A stretch of DNA of 63,348 bases, filler included, from Octopus bimaculoides (lineage: Eukaryota): the NCBI RefSeq assembly GCF_001194135.2. It is 8 parts of 8 records of this genome, joined end to end, with 100 filler letters (N's around TTAATTAATTAA, not from the genome) between each part and the next. Parts side by side here need not be neighbours in the genome. Positions count along the whole stretch, not along the records: positions 1 to 19,685 come from NC_068981.1; 7 more parts are not named here. One strand, written 5' to 3'. Both the position numbers and the translations under genes were made by a program. Positions 1 through 13,595 of the stretch are shown one piece after another (the stretch's first letter is position 1; each line of letters starts with the position of its first letter). The notes beneath the pieces were generated by a model. The model was not told the DNA's origin. It was given only the letters and a program-made list of their open reading frames with translations, and did no database searches.

Positions 1-512
1 ATGCATGTAAGTGCGTGTGGGCATATTTACATTTTTCAAACATCGAAGTTAATTGTCTTTTTGCATATTCCTAATTGCATTAGTTTTATTGAACAAATTT
101 CACTTGAAAATATTAATATGAAGGAATTCATATTTTTGTAACGTAGAAACAATTTCAGCAAAAGTATGTTTTAGTTCACGAAACAGAAGCTAATTTGTGA
201 ATTTTAGAAATGCAGAATGTTTTGTAACTGTTTCTAAATAATATACAGCGTGTTTATTTCTTAGTTAAGCAAGGTAACCAAATAAATATTATTAGACATT
301 CTGGAAATGTTGATCCTTCTGAAAATAAACTGCGTTATGGAAACGGGTTTTAATGAATTATTTTATTGTTTATGTAAACAGAGAACTCGAATAGCGAAGT
401 AATGGATGTTGATCTTAAACTGAATGAAGATATGATGAATAACAATTCTTGAAGCGGGAATCGAAATCGATCATTGTTTCGCAGCGCAGGTTGCGATATC
501 GTACAGGCTAAA

Positions 513-639
513 TTACAAGTAGACATTCAATAAATGAACATCTAAGTGGTCGTTTACGATGATAGATTGAAGTGGGAAATCTCTGACCAAATAGACCGCA
601 ACATATTCGAAACATACAGCTCCAATGAATAACAGACTC
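513..639 (-). CDS. Candidate terminal exon (SLLFIGAVCFEYVAVYLVRDFPLQSIIVNDHLDVHLLNVYL*) of a putative multi-pass membrane protein
   Basis: Acceptor taatgtattcag|G. Phase 2 matches exon 899-973. Hydrophobic stretch followed by TAA at 515-513. An alternative in-phase acceptor exists at 794. Confidence 0.2.
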
Positions 640-898
640 CTGAATACATTACGCTTGAATGTTGATGTGATGTTTGCAGCTTGACACCGTTGAAACGTGG
701 AAATTTGATACCGAAAAATAAACGGAGCATCATCATGTGAATGAAAGAAAAACCAATGATCTGTTTGCACATCAAAAATAAGCAGAGTAAACTCCTAAAT
801 ACATATGGAGATGATAAAACACGAAGAACATTTTTAAATAATTCATAGGATACCAAGAAAACCAAACGGAGAAAGCTGAAGTGTTGTAATATTCTTAC

Positions 899-973
899 CT
901 ATTACGTTTCAGTACAAGCATAAATTGTACCAAATGAACTACACCAACTAAAAGTACAAGTGATTTATGTAAA
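899..973 (-). CDS. Candidate internal exon LHKSLVLLVGVVHLVQFMLVLKRN (TM-like)
   Basis: Strong acceptor attttctttatttattcttctgcag and donor AG|gtaaga. 75 nt, only one open frame, phase 2-2. Confidence 0.35.
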
Positions 974-1227
974 CTGCAGAAGAATAAATAAAGAAAATAT
1001 AAATTAGACAATTTTAGCAAAACATTGTATATTATTAACTACCTAGAATTTATTTTTACTGCTACACTTTATTTCGTTATCAGTATACTAATATAATATG
1101 CTACAAAGACAGCGTAAAGTCATAAAGTACGTTACAATATCTCGATGGTTAAAGATAAACTACTTAATGGGTCTAATATCATTACGTATATAATCAACTC
1201 GCAAACAATTTCGTATTCTTTTTTTAT

Positions 1228-1380
1228 CTAGGTACAAGGCCCGAAATTTTGGTGGACGGGGTCAGTCGATTAAATGGACCCTAGTGCTCAACTGGTATTT
1301 AATTCATCGACCCCGAAAATATGAAACGTAAAAGCGACATCGGTTGAATTTAAACTCAGAACGTAAAGAAAGACGAAAAC
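1228..1380 (-). mobile_element. Octopus-type SINE family A, partial
   Basis: Matches the motif atcgaccccgaaa...gaatttgaactcagaacgtaaag seen in more than 10 other copies in the window. Confidence 0.8.
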
Positions 1381-2559
1381 ATTTTTCATATTACAAACGA
1401 GTGAAATTACTGCGTGAAATAAGTCGGCAGACGGAAAATGAAAACATTAAAAACAAACTGAAATTTCAAAAAAAAAAAACGCAATAATTACATAAATATC
1501 TTGACTGTGGCTAACACATGCTGACACGAAAACAGTGCACTGAAATTTTGCGCTTCTCAATTCTTTTAGATACGAGAAATACAGTAAATCCGCAACACCC
1601 GTCAGTCACATGCATCATCTCAAGCATACAAATATTTATTACATTTTGCCATGCTCCATTATATATATGCATGCGTACGGATTTAAATGCACAAGTACGC
1701 AAGTCTATATAATAATGAATTCACACAAACGTATATATGTACATACGTGCACGCGTGTGCATATCGATATACACTTCTTTCTTTCACTCTGATTCCTCTA
1801 TCCACGCTATCACATTAACCAGTAGAAGAAAAACAGAAATATGGAAACTTGACCATTCTTAGTAGTTTTCCCTTCCGTTTTGAGGTTTATTACTCACATT
1901 AGAAAACCCTCTCCTATCACCCATCCCTTAGTGTCATTCTAACATACCACCCACCTCACACAGCACACACATTCATAATTTAAATTCTTAACTCTTCCTA
2001 CCCCAAACCTACTCCTCCCCTCTGCCCCTCATAATATCTTGACAACCAACACTCTTATTTTCACATTTTTTCAATCTTGTCCTGTGTCTTCCTTCTTTTC
2101 TCACCTTTTTCTTTGTTCTCTCTCTTCATTTTAACATACACATCTCTTCTCTCTTCTCTATCCACATAATAGTACGAATACATTCTTAAATTTCATTCAC
2201 ACCATAAAATGCTTTTGCCTGAACAACACATGGATTCTACGTCACCACACTTTCCATTTGTAATGACAAAATATGAACTCATATTGGAATTTACATAACA
2301 CGGACAAGAAGCATTTCTACCACTTCTAAACATCACATTCCATGGATAATGGTACTGCAACTTTAACATATTTATGTCTTATTATTTTTGTTTCTACGAT
2401 CATTCTCCTATTTCCCTGTATACTCTTCATGTGCTTCCATTTCTAAAATAACGCCTTATATTGAAATCTAATAGTTTTACATATTTAACCATCTCACATC
2501 GTCATTGATGAATTGACGTCCCTAATATACCAGAAACGGCTGTAAGGCTAACTTTCTCT

Positions 2560-2790
2560 TTGTAAATGTCCTGAAAATTCCAAAGAGCCTTGGATTTGTT
2601 GACTNNNNNNNNNNNNNNNNNNNNNNNNNNNNNNNNNNNNNNNNNNNNNNNNNNNNNNNNNNNNNNNNNNNNNNNNNNNNNNNNNNNNNNNNNNNNNNNN
2701 NNNNGTGTGTGTGTGTGTGTATTTATCTATGCGTGTGTGTGGATGTGTATCTTTATGTCTGCGTTTGTCCATCACCACCGCTTGACAACG
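2560..2790 (+). mobile_element. tRNA/CORE-type SINE family B, partial and spanning a gap
   Basis: (TG)n followed by gtttgtcc...caccgcttgacaac, the same as the full copy at 34269-34990. Confidence 0.65.
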
Positions 2791-3064
2791 GGTTTTCGTA
2801 ATGAATAATAAGGTGATTATTATGAAATAAGTCTGTGTTTACCGAATATTTGTTTCTTCGTTGAACATTATATTAAAACTGTAATTTGAATGATTAAATC
2901 CTAAATATTTCGGAAATCTATTCTAAAAGTGTTTCTGTACATATCACTTACCAGTGCATATTAAGAATTATCTAATCCATGTATTGCAACGCTTCGTATC
3001 GAACCTAGATCAACAATATGAAATATACAATAATGCTAAATTCTTGTTATCAGTTACACATATT

Positions 3065-3200
3065 CACCTTTTTATACAAATCTAGAAGACATTCCTAAAT
3101 TGGTATTCAGCTGTTTGCAGTGTCCCTTAGTCCGTCTGCGTCTATGATTGATGGAGTTGTGAAAACATTTTGCTTCAAATTCAGACGCTGATATTTAGCA
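3065..3200 (-). mobile_element. Possible CR1-like LINE 3' remnant
   Basis: Minus frame RLNLKQNVFTTPSIID resembles the CR1 ORF2 C-terminal RLNLRKxFFxxRII motif; interrupted by stops. Confidence 0.35.
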
Positions 3201-4150
3201 CGTAGAAATATCATTTATCCTTATTTATAAAAACGTGTTTCATGTAATTTCCTTTTTTCCTTTGCACTGTTGATGGATTAGATACTGCTGAACGCATGTA
3301 ATGAGGTAAATAAGATATGAAAAATGATCAAAACAGGTTTTAAATGAGAACAAAGGAAAATCATGATTTATAGTTTATAACTTCGTAAACTGTAGAGCAG
3401 CTTCGTTGGCTAAATTTTTCCTGCAATGACGGTCTCTTATTTGTAAAATAATCGGCGAAGTAAGGTTCGGAATGTTTTGCATGCATATCATAGGAGAACT
3501 TAATTAAATATTTGGTTTAATTATCAATCATGTATAGAAACACTGAACCATTTCTGCCATCCAACCATCAAAATATTAGAAGAAACGATTTTTTTTTTGT
3601 ATGTTAACTATCAAATTTGGACCATACAAACTTGCTATCAGATTCTTACAAAATCTCAATTCCTTTTAAATACCTCTATTAATTTCTATTGTGTCATAAT
3701 AATTTTTTACCAAAATTACAATATGCTTTTTCCAGATTGGGAAAATGTGATTGACAGCTGTTGAAAATATGATATGTATTGAAACATTTGTGTATTGTAC
3801 CCATTAAATTCTCTTCAAAGTAAAGCACTTCAGTTTTGATTGAAACAAAACAACAGATAACCAATACTTATTTAGTGCATGTAGAATAGTTATTTAAACT
3901 GATATGGGTGGATGATGAAAATTTAAAGACATTAAAATTACATTTAAACCATATCCCCATAAAATACACCTTGATCAAATTAACAAACACGTTAAGTTAC
4001 CAAAACGTAGGTGCACATAATTTGGTTTGCATTGTATTCGTCAACTACGTCGATTTGAAATCATACTGGAATCCACGTTCACGTTTATCATTCCAAAGCC
4101 CGTAAAGAAATATCAAGAAAATACTCAAATTAAACAACATTCATAAACTC

Positions 4151-4295
4151 TATTGTGGCGTGCCAAAATTTGAAATAGGAAGGGAGTCCTATTCATTGGT
4201 CGACCTCGATTGAATTTGAATTCACAACGTAAAGACGAATGAAATGCCGCTAAACAATTTTCCCGGTGTGCTAACGGTTCTGTCACCCCGGCGAC
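4151..4295 (-). mobile_element. SINE family A, degenerate
   Basis: gtcgacctcg...gaatttgaattcacaacgtaaagacg...gtgctaacggttctg. Confidence 0.75.
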
Positions 4296-5399
4296 ATCAC
4301 TTATTTAATGATTTGATATATATTCTTATACCCAATTAGATTCTCAGATCAAATCCCGACTTAATTTGTTTCAGATTTCTATTGCGTCTCACATGAATAA
4401 AAACGATATAAGAAAGTAGACACTAAAAATCAATCGACTTTATTTTTTTTCTTTAGATTTATTACTTTTAAGTAGAGTTTCTATTGACGTTTATTAGTGC
4501 TGTCAGTGAAATTACTTTTCAATACTGATTTGGAGGGTTGCGATGTGAACAAAACCTTATATCTGTAAATATATCCTACATTTCATTTATCTCTTTTAAA
4601 AAATGACATTTTTTATGTAATTGGACTTCCTAATATCTAAAAGGCTGGAAATTAGATTCAGTGTATCATGTTATTTTCTCAGTAGAATTTCAAATTCTAC
4701 AAAAAAAAAATAATAATAAAGTATATATTAGAGGAAACATTTTCTTTATACGGCAATGCACTTGGTAGATATTTTGTGTAATGATTTTACATTATCGTGG
4801 CCTGAAGACAATGTAAGTAGAGACGGCTGAATTTCTTTCAGTTTATTAAATAAATATTGCACTGGATCGAGAGTTTTACATTTAAATTAAAGCCTGTTTA
4901 TTTNNNNNNNNNNNNNNNNNNNNNNNNNNNNNNNNNNNNNNNNNNNNNNNNNNNNNNNNNNNNNNNNNNNNNNNNNNNNNNNNNNNNNNNNNNNNNNNNN
5001 NNNNNNNNNNNNNNNNNNNNNNNNNNNNNNNNNNNNNNNNNNNNNNNNNNNNNNNNNNNNNNNNNNNNNNNNNNNNNNNNNNNNNNNNNNNNNNNNNNNN
5101 NNNNNNNNNNNNNNNNNNNNNNNNNNNNNNNNNNNNNNNNNNNNNNNNNNNNNNNNNNNNNNNNNNNNNNNNNNNNNNNNNNNNNNNNNNNNNNNNNNNN
5201 NNNNNNNNNAGAGAAAAAAATATGAATGTAGTGGTCAGCGATCTATCAAAGCGAATGCCGGACAGAAGGATCGTACAGGAGAGCTAAAAAAAGTGGTGAC
5301 CCCAAGAAGAGAGGGCGCGTGTGTGTGAGAGAATGCTGGTGATCTTAACGTATGCATGTGTGTATGTAGGGGTGAAAATGTGGGGATGAGAATGGGAAT

Positions 5400-5760
5400 T
5401 GGTCAGTGCTAGTGTGTACGTGGTGGTGTGTTGTGAAGTGATGTGTTTTGTGATATGGTGTAGAGTGATGTAATGTGAGTGTTGGGAGGTGGGGGAGGCA
5501 AGTGTGGGGAAATCATGGGTGGAGTGTGGGTTAGGTTGAGGGTGGGGTTAGAGGTAGGGGTATGTGGGTAGGCAGAGGTTGGGATGGGTGTAAGGGATGG
5601 GATGGGGTGGCATGGGAAGGTGGGGTAGGAGTGTGTAGAGGCGGGATGGGCTTATGAGTGAGGGTTGACGATGAAAGGGGAAGGGGAAGGTGGATATAAG
5701 AGAAGGGGAAAGTGGGTATTGGAGGAGGGAGAAAGAGAGGAGACAGAGAGAAAAAGTGAG
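5400..5760 (+). repeat. G-rich low-complexity tract with many GGG runs
   Basis: Dense GGG/GGGG runs, e.g. gttgggatgggtgtaagggatgggatggggtgg. Confidence 0.7.
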
Positions 5761-6280
5761 GCAAAGGAATAAATGATTATCGTATAAACTTCATTAGCTT
5801 ACTGCTGTTTCTGCTATACGATGCAATGGACTCATATTTGAGTGTCTGAATAACAGATTATAGCTTCATCGGAGCTTCGAATAAAATATATTTCGGAAAG
5901 AATTGCATTAAGTATCTATGTTTGTGTGTGTGTGCTTGTGTGTGTGTGTGTATGAATGTGTGTGTGTGTGTGTGCGTGTGTGTGTGTGTATGCGTGTGTG
6001 TGTGTGTGTGTGTGTTGAAGATATAACCTTAACTCAGCTTTATTTTCTGTAAATGTCTATTTAATAAAAATAAATACATGAGTAGATGTTCCAGCCATGA
6101 AAAGTATTCATAGGGTTATATAAGACTACATTTAAAAGGAATCTTTGGAAATTATGACATACAAAGATGAGATGAATAGCAATGTGGCTGCTGTTTCGAG
6201 AAGTTAACTCCTACGATTCTTGCTGAAGACGTTTTGTATATTGGGGAATAAACGTGTTCACTGTGCCATTTATCATAATA

Positions 6281-6955
6281 CTTTCTGCAATAGGCAGAAA
6301 GCATGAAATTTTAGGTGGGGGCACTTATTTACATCGACCCCGGAGCCGGACTTGCAATTATTTCATCAAATCCGAGAGTATGAAAGGCAACGTTGACCCC
6401 GGTGGAATTTGAATTCTAAACATAAACACCGACGAAATGTCGCTAATTACATAGTCTGGCGTGTTAACCATTTTGCCAGCACACCACCTCCTCTGCCTTT
6501 CACAACATTGGTTTGAAAAGTTGTCATAAGACCAGTGATTTGTGAGGAAGACGGTAAGTGTATTACATCGATTCCAGTGCGCAGCTGATACTTGTTTTGT
6601 CGACCTCGAAAGGATGAAATGTAAAGTCAATCTCGTTGGAATTTGAACTCAGAACGTAAAAACGGACGAAAAGCCGTTAAGTATTTTGCTCGGCGTGCTA
6701 AAGACTGCTAGCACGACTCCTTATACGCCATGCATATAATTGCTTTCAAATTTTGACACAGCGCAAATAGTTTTGAGAGAGATGGTAAATCAATCAAATC
6801 GACCCCAGTGCTAATCTGGAACTTATTTCATCGCCGCTTACATCACGAAAGGCGAAGTCGACTCCGACGGCATTTGAACTCACAACGGGAAGTCGGATAA
6901 TATGATGCTAAGCATTTTTCCCGGCACCATAACGGTTCTGCCAGGTCACCACCCT
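6281..6955 (-). mobile_element. Head-to-tail array of three SINE family A copies
   Basis: Three consecutive copies (~6281-6495, ~6505-6720, ~6740-6955), each with atcgacc/gaaagg/gaatttgaactc/gctaac motifs. Confidence 0.8.
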
Positions 6956-8744
6956 TATGCTGTTCATAATATTTCCCAAAGCATTATCTTCTAAACGTAT
7001 AATAAACATATGAGAAACCATAATCTACAATCATTTTGTCATGGTTTTAAACTTAGCTCTTCCTTCAACAGATATATTAATTAAATTTTTAAGAATGGCA
7101 TTTTAAGTATAAATTACTAAAGATGTTTTATTGACGGACTTCGATGAAATGTATTTATATCGTATATTCATATTTTCTCTTCAACTTAAATCGATGCATT
7201 AATACATATTATTATCAAACATATCTTTGATAACAAAGAAATGGTAAAATATGAAATGCCGTATTTTCAAGGCAATTAGATAAAATTTATTTTAATTAGA
7301 TATTTATCCTAAAATGATTATTTAGTTTCCTCGGAAAATATGAACATATAATTTTAATGTAGTTACGGAATTTATGGAATTATAACTGAATTAACGCNNN
7401 NNNNNNNNNNNNNNNNNNNNNNNNNNNNNNNNNNNNNNNNNNNNNNNNNNNNNNNNNNNNNNNNNNNNNNNNNNNNNNNNNNNNNNNNNNNNNNNNNNNN
7501 NNNNNNNNNNNNNNNNNNNNNNNNNNNNNNNNNNNNNNNNNNNNNNNNNNNNNNNNNNNNNNNNNNNNNNNNNNNNNNNNNNNNNNNNNNNNNNNNNNNN
7601 NNNNNNNNNNNNNNNNNNNNNNNNNNNNNNNNNNNNNNNNNNNNNNNNNNNNNNNNNNNNNNNNNNNNNNNNNNNNNNNNNNNNNNNNNNNNNNNNNNNN
7701 NNNNNNNNNNNNNNNNNNNNNNNNNNNNNNNNNNNNNNNNNNNNNNNNNNNNNNNNNNNNNNNNNNNNNNNNNNNNNNNNNNNNNNNNNNNNNNNNNNNN
7801 NNNNNNNNNNNNNNNNNNNNNNNNNNNNNNNNNNNNNNNNNNNNNNNNNNNNNNNNNNNNNNNNNNNNNNNNNNNNNNNNNNNNNNNNNNNNNNNNNNNN
7901 NNNNNNNNNNNNNNNNNNNNNNNNNNNNNNNNNNNNNNNNNNNNNNNNNNNNNNNNNNNNNNNNNNNNNNNNNNNNNNNNNNNNNNNNNNNNNNNNNNNN
8001 NNNNNNNNNNNNNNNNNNNNNNNNNNNNNNNNNNNNNNNNNNNNNNNNNNNNNNNNNNNNNNNNNNNNNNNNNNNNNNNNNNNNNNNNNNNNNNNNNNNN
8101 NNNNNNNNNNNNNNNNNNNNNNNNNNNNNNNNNNNNNNNNNNNNATATATATATATATATATATATATATATACGCACCTGTGGATATCTGCATGTTTGT
8201 AACTGTGTGTGCGCGTGTGTGTGTAATTGTGTGAGTGCGTGCGTCGTATGTAGCATTATAATTTGTAAAATTTGGGGCTATTTTAGCTGCAAGTTTTATG
8301 AGATCGCAATTTGAATTTCAGAAAGGTTGCAATTTAAAGTGATATATGAATGAATCTTGAATAAAACAGTGTTTGTTTGGCAAAGAAAATGAATTTACAA
8401 GAATTTATGAGCAACGTGATACAAAAACAACATACGCTGACACATACAAACAGAGGGGTTTTTTCTCAGGCTCTCACTAATTCTCTCTCTTTCTCTCTCT
8501 CTCTTATACAAACATTAATTAATATCAATGGAAATTTTTGCAAATAATAAAGATTTCTAACATAGACACACGATAACAAATACTGGAAAAAAAGTTTTGT
8601 AGTTTTAATTTCAAGTAATTCTAAATTTATCGGCCCGCACAGACCAAAATTTAATGTGTGTTTTGAACTTTCAAAATACAAAAAAACAAGATTAAATATA
8701 TCTATTTTGATAATATCAGTTTCGAATGTAGGAATACAAATAAC

Positions 8745-8915
8745 GGTGTTTGAGGGGAGGGGCATTGTGATTACATAGACCCCAGTACTTGATTTGTACT
8801 TCTTTTATCGACTTCAAACTTATAAAAGTTAAAGTCGACCTCGGCAAAATTTGAGAAAATACAGACGAAATAACATTAAGTATTTTGTCAAGCGTCCTAC
8901 TGATTCTACTAGCCC
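8745..8915 (-). mobile_element. SINE family A
   Basis: gaggggaggg...gattacatagaccccagtact...aaagtcgacctcggc. Confidence 0.75.
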
Positions 8916-9068
8916 ATCNNNNNNNNNNATCTTAAGATCATATATATTTCTGGAAATATTAAATTCGTTTAACAATACGCTGCTGCAGGTATTAATTACT
9001 GATCAAATTATAAAATATTACACATATAATTAAAACATGATTTTTACTGGTGCCTGTTGTTTCTGTAG

Positions 9069-9116
9069 TTAAGTATTACAGTGAGAGTTACACAAAACGA
9101 AATTCAGAACAGATAC
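9069..9116 (+). CDS. Possible upstream exon (KYYSESYTKRNSEQI) of the plus-strand gene candidate
   Basis: Acceptor cctgttgtttctgtag, donor TAC|gtattt. 48 nt; the phase 1-1 frame is open and joins 9561 in frame. Confidence 0.2.
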
Positions 9117-9484
9117 GTATTTGTTTATGCAAAATTTCGATAATGTACAACGTATACAAAGCCGATATCTACAATATCAAATTTTCATAATACTGCTTTC
9201 GAGGTGAAATCGAAAACTATAATTCTCAGAAAAGCTTGGAGCAAAATAATATATGTTTCTCGCATGTGCCTCAGTTTACAGGCATTAGCTAACGTAGCAA
9301 TAATATTTGTAATAACAGACCTATTGTCAAAATACTGAATAATCTTAAATTCATACGCAACAGAAATATGCAATTCAAAATAAAAAGAACAGATGCATCG
9401 TAATATTTTCTAAATATAATTTTTTTATCAAATTTCTTCTTGAATTGTAATGTCTTAGACTTATTTCTGTGCTATTTCCACCTT

Positions 9485-9525
<41 letters not shown>

Positions 9526-9560
9526 CTGAATATATCTCTTTTATACACATGTTATTTAAG

Positions 9561-9607
9561 GACAACTATTAATATTGTCTGTTGTTTGGTGTCTGCTGTC
9601 AATTAAG
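9561..9607 (+). CDS. Candidate exon QLLILSVVWCLLSIK (signal-peptide-like hydrophobic core)
   Basis: Acceptor gttatttaag|G, donor AAG|gtaact. One open frame, phase 1-0. Confidence 0.45.
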
Positions 9608-10759
9608 GTAACTTGACCGCGAAGAGATGCAAGACCCCATATTATTATCTCAGACAAGAGTGAATCGGGATATTGCATTGAAGTGTGCATNNNNNNNNNN
9701 NNNNNNNNNNNNNNNNNNNNNNNNNNNNNNNNNNNNNNNNNNNNNNNNNNNNNNNNNNNNNNNNNNNNNNNNNNNNNNNNNNNNNNNNNNNNNNNNNNNN
9801 NNNNNNNNNNNNNNNNNNNNNNNNNNNNNNNNNNNNNNNNNNNNNNNNNNNNNNNNNNNNNNNNNNNNNNNNNNNNNNNNNNNNNNNNNNNNNNNNNNNN
9901 NNNNNNNNNNNNNNNNNNNNNNNNNNNNNNNNNNNNNNNNNNNNNNNNNNNNNNNNNNNNNNNNNNNNNNNNNNNNNNNNNNNNNNNNNNNNNNNNNNNN
10001 NNNNNNNNNNNNNNNNNNNNNNNNNNNNNNNNNNNNNNNNNNNNNNNNNNNNNNNNNNNNNNNNNNATATATATATATATATATATATACAAATACATAT
10101 ATATGTTTGTATATATTTACATATCTATATGCATATAAATGTATATATATATAAAGTCTTGTTGTCGTCTATAGTTTGCATACATGTATATCGGTACTTA
10201 TTCAGCTTCCATGCGCACACGCACACGCATGCATACGCACACATACATACAAACACACGCCCACACCCATTCACATACACACACTAATTCTTCTTAAAAA
10301 TTAACTCGCACGATATTAGGTACGTTATATATTTTGGCTGTAGAAGGCTTTAATATAAGAGAAACACAGGTATTAGTTTATTGTATCATTTCACATTTTT
10401 ACTATGCTGCAAACAGCTGAAAAGCGTTAAACTGAATGCAGTAGACTTTCAATATGTCTGCATACACTGTCTCACAAAAAGTCACAGAAATTGGTTTATC
10501 TCCATTAGATTAATAGGCGCACTTTAGAAGAAGTGAAAAGGGAGACACACGATTTAAACTAAAGTAGTCATAGAAGATGAAATATTCAAGACTCGTTGGG
10601 CTTCTTTACGAATTTTGAAATCATCAGATTGTGAGTGAAATTATAGAATTCAGGATTATGTATGTGTGTCTGTTTGTATGCGTGTGTTTGAGAGAAAGAG
10701 AAACAGACAGACAGAGGCAGGGACAGAGACAGAGACAGACAGACAACAGAGGCAGAGAA

Positions 10760-10852
<93 letters not shown>

Positions 10853-11339
10853 GCATGTGTATGTGCGTGGATATATGTGTTAATGAATGGGATTTAGTTG
10901 CTGAATAGCCTGAATACCATATCGATACTGGTCAGCTTAAACTGCTATAAAATGGGCGTGAGAGAGCAAGAGGAATGGTATTAAAATAGTCAGTCCTCAG
11001 GTATACAAAAAAAGAGAGAAGTGATGGAAAAGAACAAACTGGGCGAACCTGTCAAATATCATTGCAATGAGGCACTAGAATGTGGTAAAGTAGATGATGT
11101 GAGGAGAGTGAAGTGAACCGTCAAAGTTTACTATAAATATTTGAGTAAAAACATGCTACTCTACATAATGTACACTTAAATAAATGCAACTTTGCAAAGA
11201 AAAGAAATGAATCTGTAAGCCATGGGTGTTTATAGATATAGAAGATCATTCTCAACGAGTGATGTAGATTCCTGTAGATGTTTACTGCAAAAAAAAGAAA
11301 GGAAAACTACTTTGAATTACTTAGGTAAATATTTCTTAC

Positions 11340-11439
11340 GGAATATCAAGTTGGAAAATTGAAGCATAAATAACCAAAAGCAAAATCGTCAGAATTACGC
11401 GGAAACACAAAGAACGAAACAGCGAAAAATTATATACAA
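11340..11439 (-). CDS. Candidate exon VYNFSLFRSLCFRVILTILLLVIYASIFQLDI (TM-like)
   Basis: Acceptor tttagcatcag (tandem AGs 6 nt apart, both in frame), donor CC|gtaaga. One open frame, phase 1-2, joins 899-973 in frame. Confidence 0.3.
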
Positions 11440-12578
11440 CTGATGCTAAATTAAACAGGGATTTCACATTGATAGATTGCTAGGTCAATTCGACTCTACT
11501 AGGATTTTATTCTAATTAACGCAGTATTTACTCAGAGTTTGTTCCTTGCTCTGAGAACACAGATTTTCTTCCCATATAATAATAGTTTTGATTTCAAATC
11601 TGATAATAACTGTCCTGACATTTCACTATTGTGTAAGTTACAAAATAATGTTGCCACGCTTGACCGAATTTTAAATGGGGAGAGGATTAAATCAGTATTA
11701 TTTTATTGTGTTATGTTCAATCCTTGTTGATGCGTTTCTCTTAGACGGAATAAATGTTGTATTACAATTCCTCTCATACATACACCCAATAAAGGACAGG
11801 AATGTAAACGGACACTAAGGGTTATAATATATATTGTAGGTCAAAAGCCATAAACATTCTCAGTTTATATTGTTTTCGAAGTTAAGCATTTAATTAGCAC
11901 CGAAAATAAATATGCAAAATGCATTTTAAATGCTTGTCACATGTAATGCCAGGTCCGTAAACAATTCAAGAATTGTCAAGTCTTCAAGAATATAGAAAAT
12001 AAAATAATTATTTGGATGTTTTCAGGGATACACAATTTACATGCGCTTCATCCTGTGTATATATTTGCTTTATCGGTTGTATTTCCATCTATATCTCTAT
12101 TCTTGAATTGTTAAATGTATTTTGAAAATACAGTGGAAATTCTTATCTGTCTCTGCCTAAAACAATGAAAGTTATGGCTGAATAAAGTCTTGAATCACTA
12201 TTCGTAATGTTTCAGATATGCTCTAAAGGCTCCGTTCTCGTTCTAACTATCTGCTTTCATTTGAAGAATTTGTTTGGAACGGGATATTATAGTGTGGTGC
12301 AGTAAAGTGTAAAGGTAGCAGGTGGATGACAGCAAATTTAACTGAAGTTTCATATTCCCTGTATATCGTTGTTACGTTTTTAATATGATCCCTCTCAAAC
12401 ACTGTACACTCTTAGTATAAATTCAACGTATAAATTCAACGTATTCAAACGTTTAATAAAACCCAATAATTGTTCTAAGACACTATCATTTCCTTTATAA
12501 CATGTATCATGTTTACGTCCTTATATGAAATTACGTAAATCTTATAGTATTTCTGAATTCATATTTTCTGTATTATAG

Positions 12579-12651
12579 GTATCTGAATACATTATAAGCT
12601 CAAGAGAATGCACCAGACAGCATCTGAAGAGTAACGCCATGCAGATTAGAA
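12579..12651 (+). CDS. Candidate exon VSEYIISSRECTRQHLKSNAMQIR
   Basis: Acceptor attttctgtattatag|G, consensus donor GAA|gtgagt. One open frame, phase 0-1. Confidence 0.45.
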
Positions 12652-13149
12652 GTGAGTTGGTGTTGAATCAGCAATTTCCATGTCATAGCTGTATTATATA
12701 TTTTTCTGTTTATTTCACTCTTTCCTTCAATTTTCTAGCCAATTTATGTTCAATTACTGGATAATTACATCTGCAATGATATTTTCTACTCTTCACTTCT
12801 ATTTTTCCCAAATATTTTCTTTATAAATTTGAACTACAAGAGAGATGTCACCCGTTGAATCATGAAAGAGTAACACCTTTTATTATGCGAAATTAAAATG
12901 AAACTAGTATCAGTTGTAATAAAGAAAACTGTCAGAGTCGAATGCAGCTTACTTGCTTCTTAGCCAATAAGAGGAAAGTTTTCAATATTTGCTTTTTGAT
13001 CAGGTCTGATTGTTTGTATAATGTTTCATTTCAAGGGTAAAGTATGGTATTCATTCAGCCTTCCATACATGGATTTAATATTGTCACTCATATTCCACTT
13101 TTTTGCCTTATGCATTATAACGTCGATCGTTACGCTCTCTATGTAGAAG

Positions 13150-13295
13150 AATATATATGTCCGCGCAAGTCTTTGGGCTTGTATCTGTTTCTCACTACCA
13201 CTGATAACTGATGTTGAGTCTTTTTACGTCCATTAGCCTAGCAGCTCTGCAAAAAAGAGTCTACGCCATAGCCGCAGACCAACAACTGAAACAAT
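13150..13295 (+). mobile_element. SINE family B 3' tail, degenerate
   Basis: ctaccactgataactgatgttg...tttacgtcc...gccgcagaccaacaactgaaacaa. Confidence 0.55.
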
Positions 13296-13595
13296 AAGAG
13301 GTAGAAGATTAGATACATGTATATATATATGTATACTTACACGACATGTACAGATCCATTTTTTATACATACATGTATAAATAAATAAATATAAATATAT
13401 ACACAGAGAGAAAGTGTGTGTGTGTGTGTGTGTGTTTGTGAGTGAGATTGAGGGAGAGAAATAAGGTAAATAGATGTGTGTGCATTTGGATGCGTTTGTG
13501 TGCGTGTGTGCGTGTGTGCGCGCGCGCTTGAATTTTCAAATGAGGAGAAATGGTTAGTATTGAAATTGAATGTAATTATTTACTGATTTATTCAG

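Noticed and set aside
1-460. ATGCAT|gtaagt at the window start plus a downstream ENSNSEVMDVDLK...NNNS* segment as the end of an upstream gene
   Set aside because: No phase combination joins them into the long frame without a stop or a non-canonical acceptor; not testable at the window edge.
10509-10630. Plus-strand exon-like segment (ctccattag|...|gtgagt) inside the peptide-gene candidate
   Set aside because: Stops in all three frames, and it cannot be placed in phase between 9607 and 12579.
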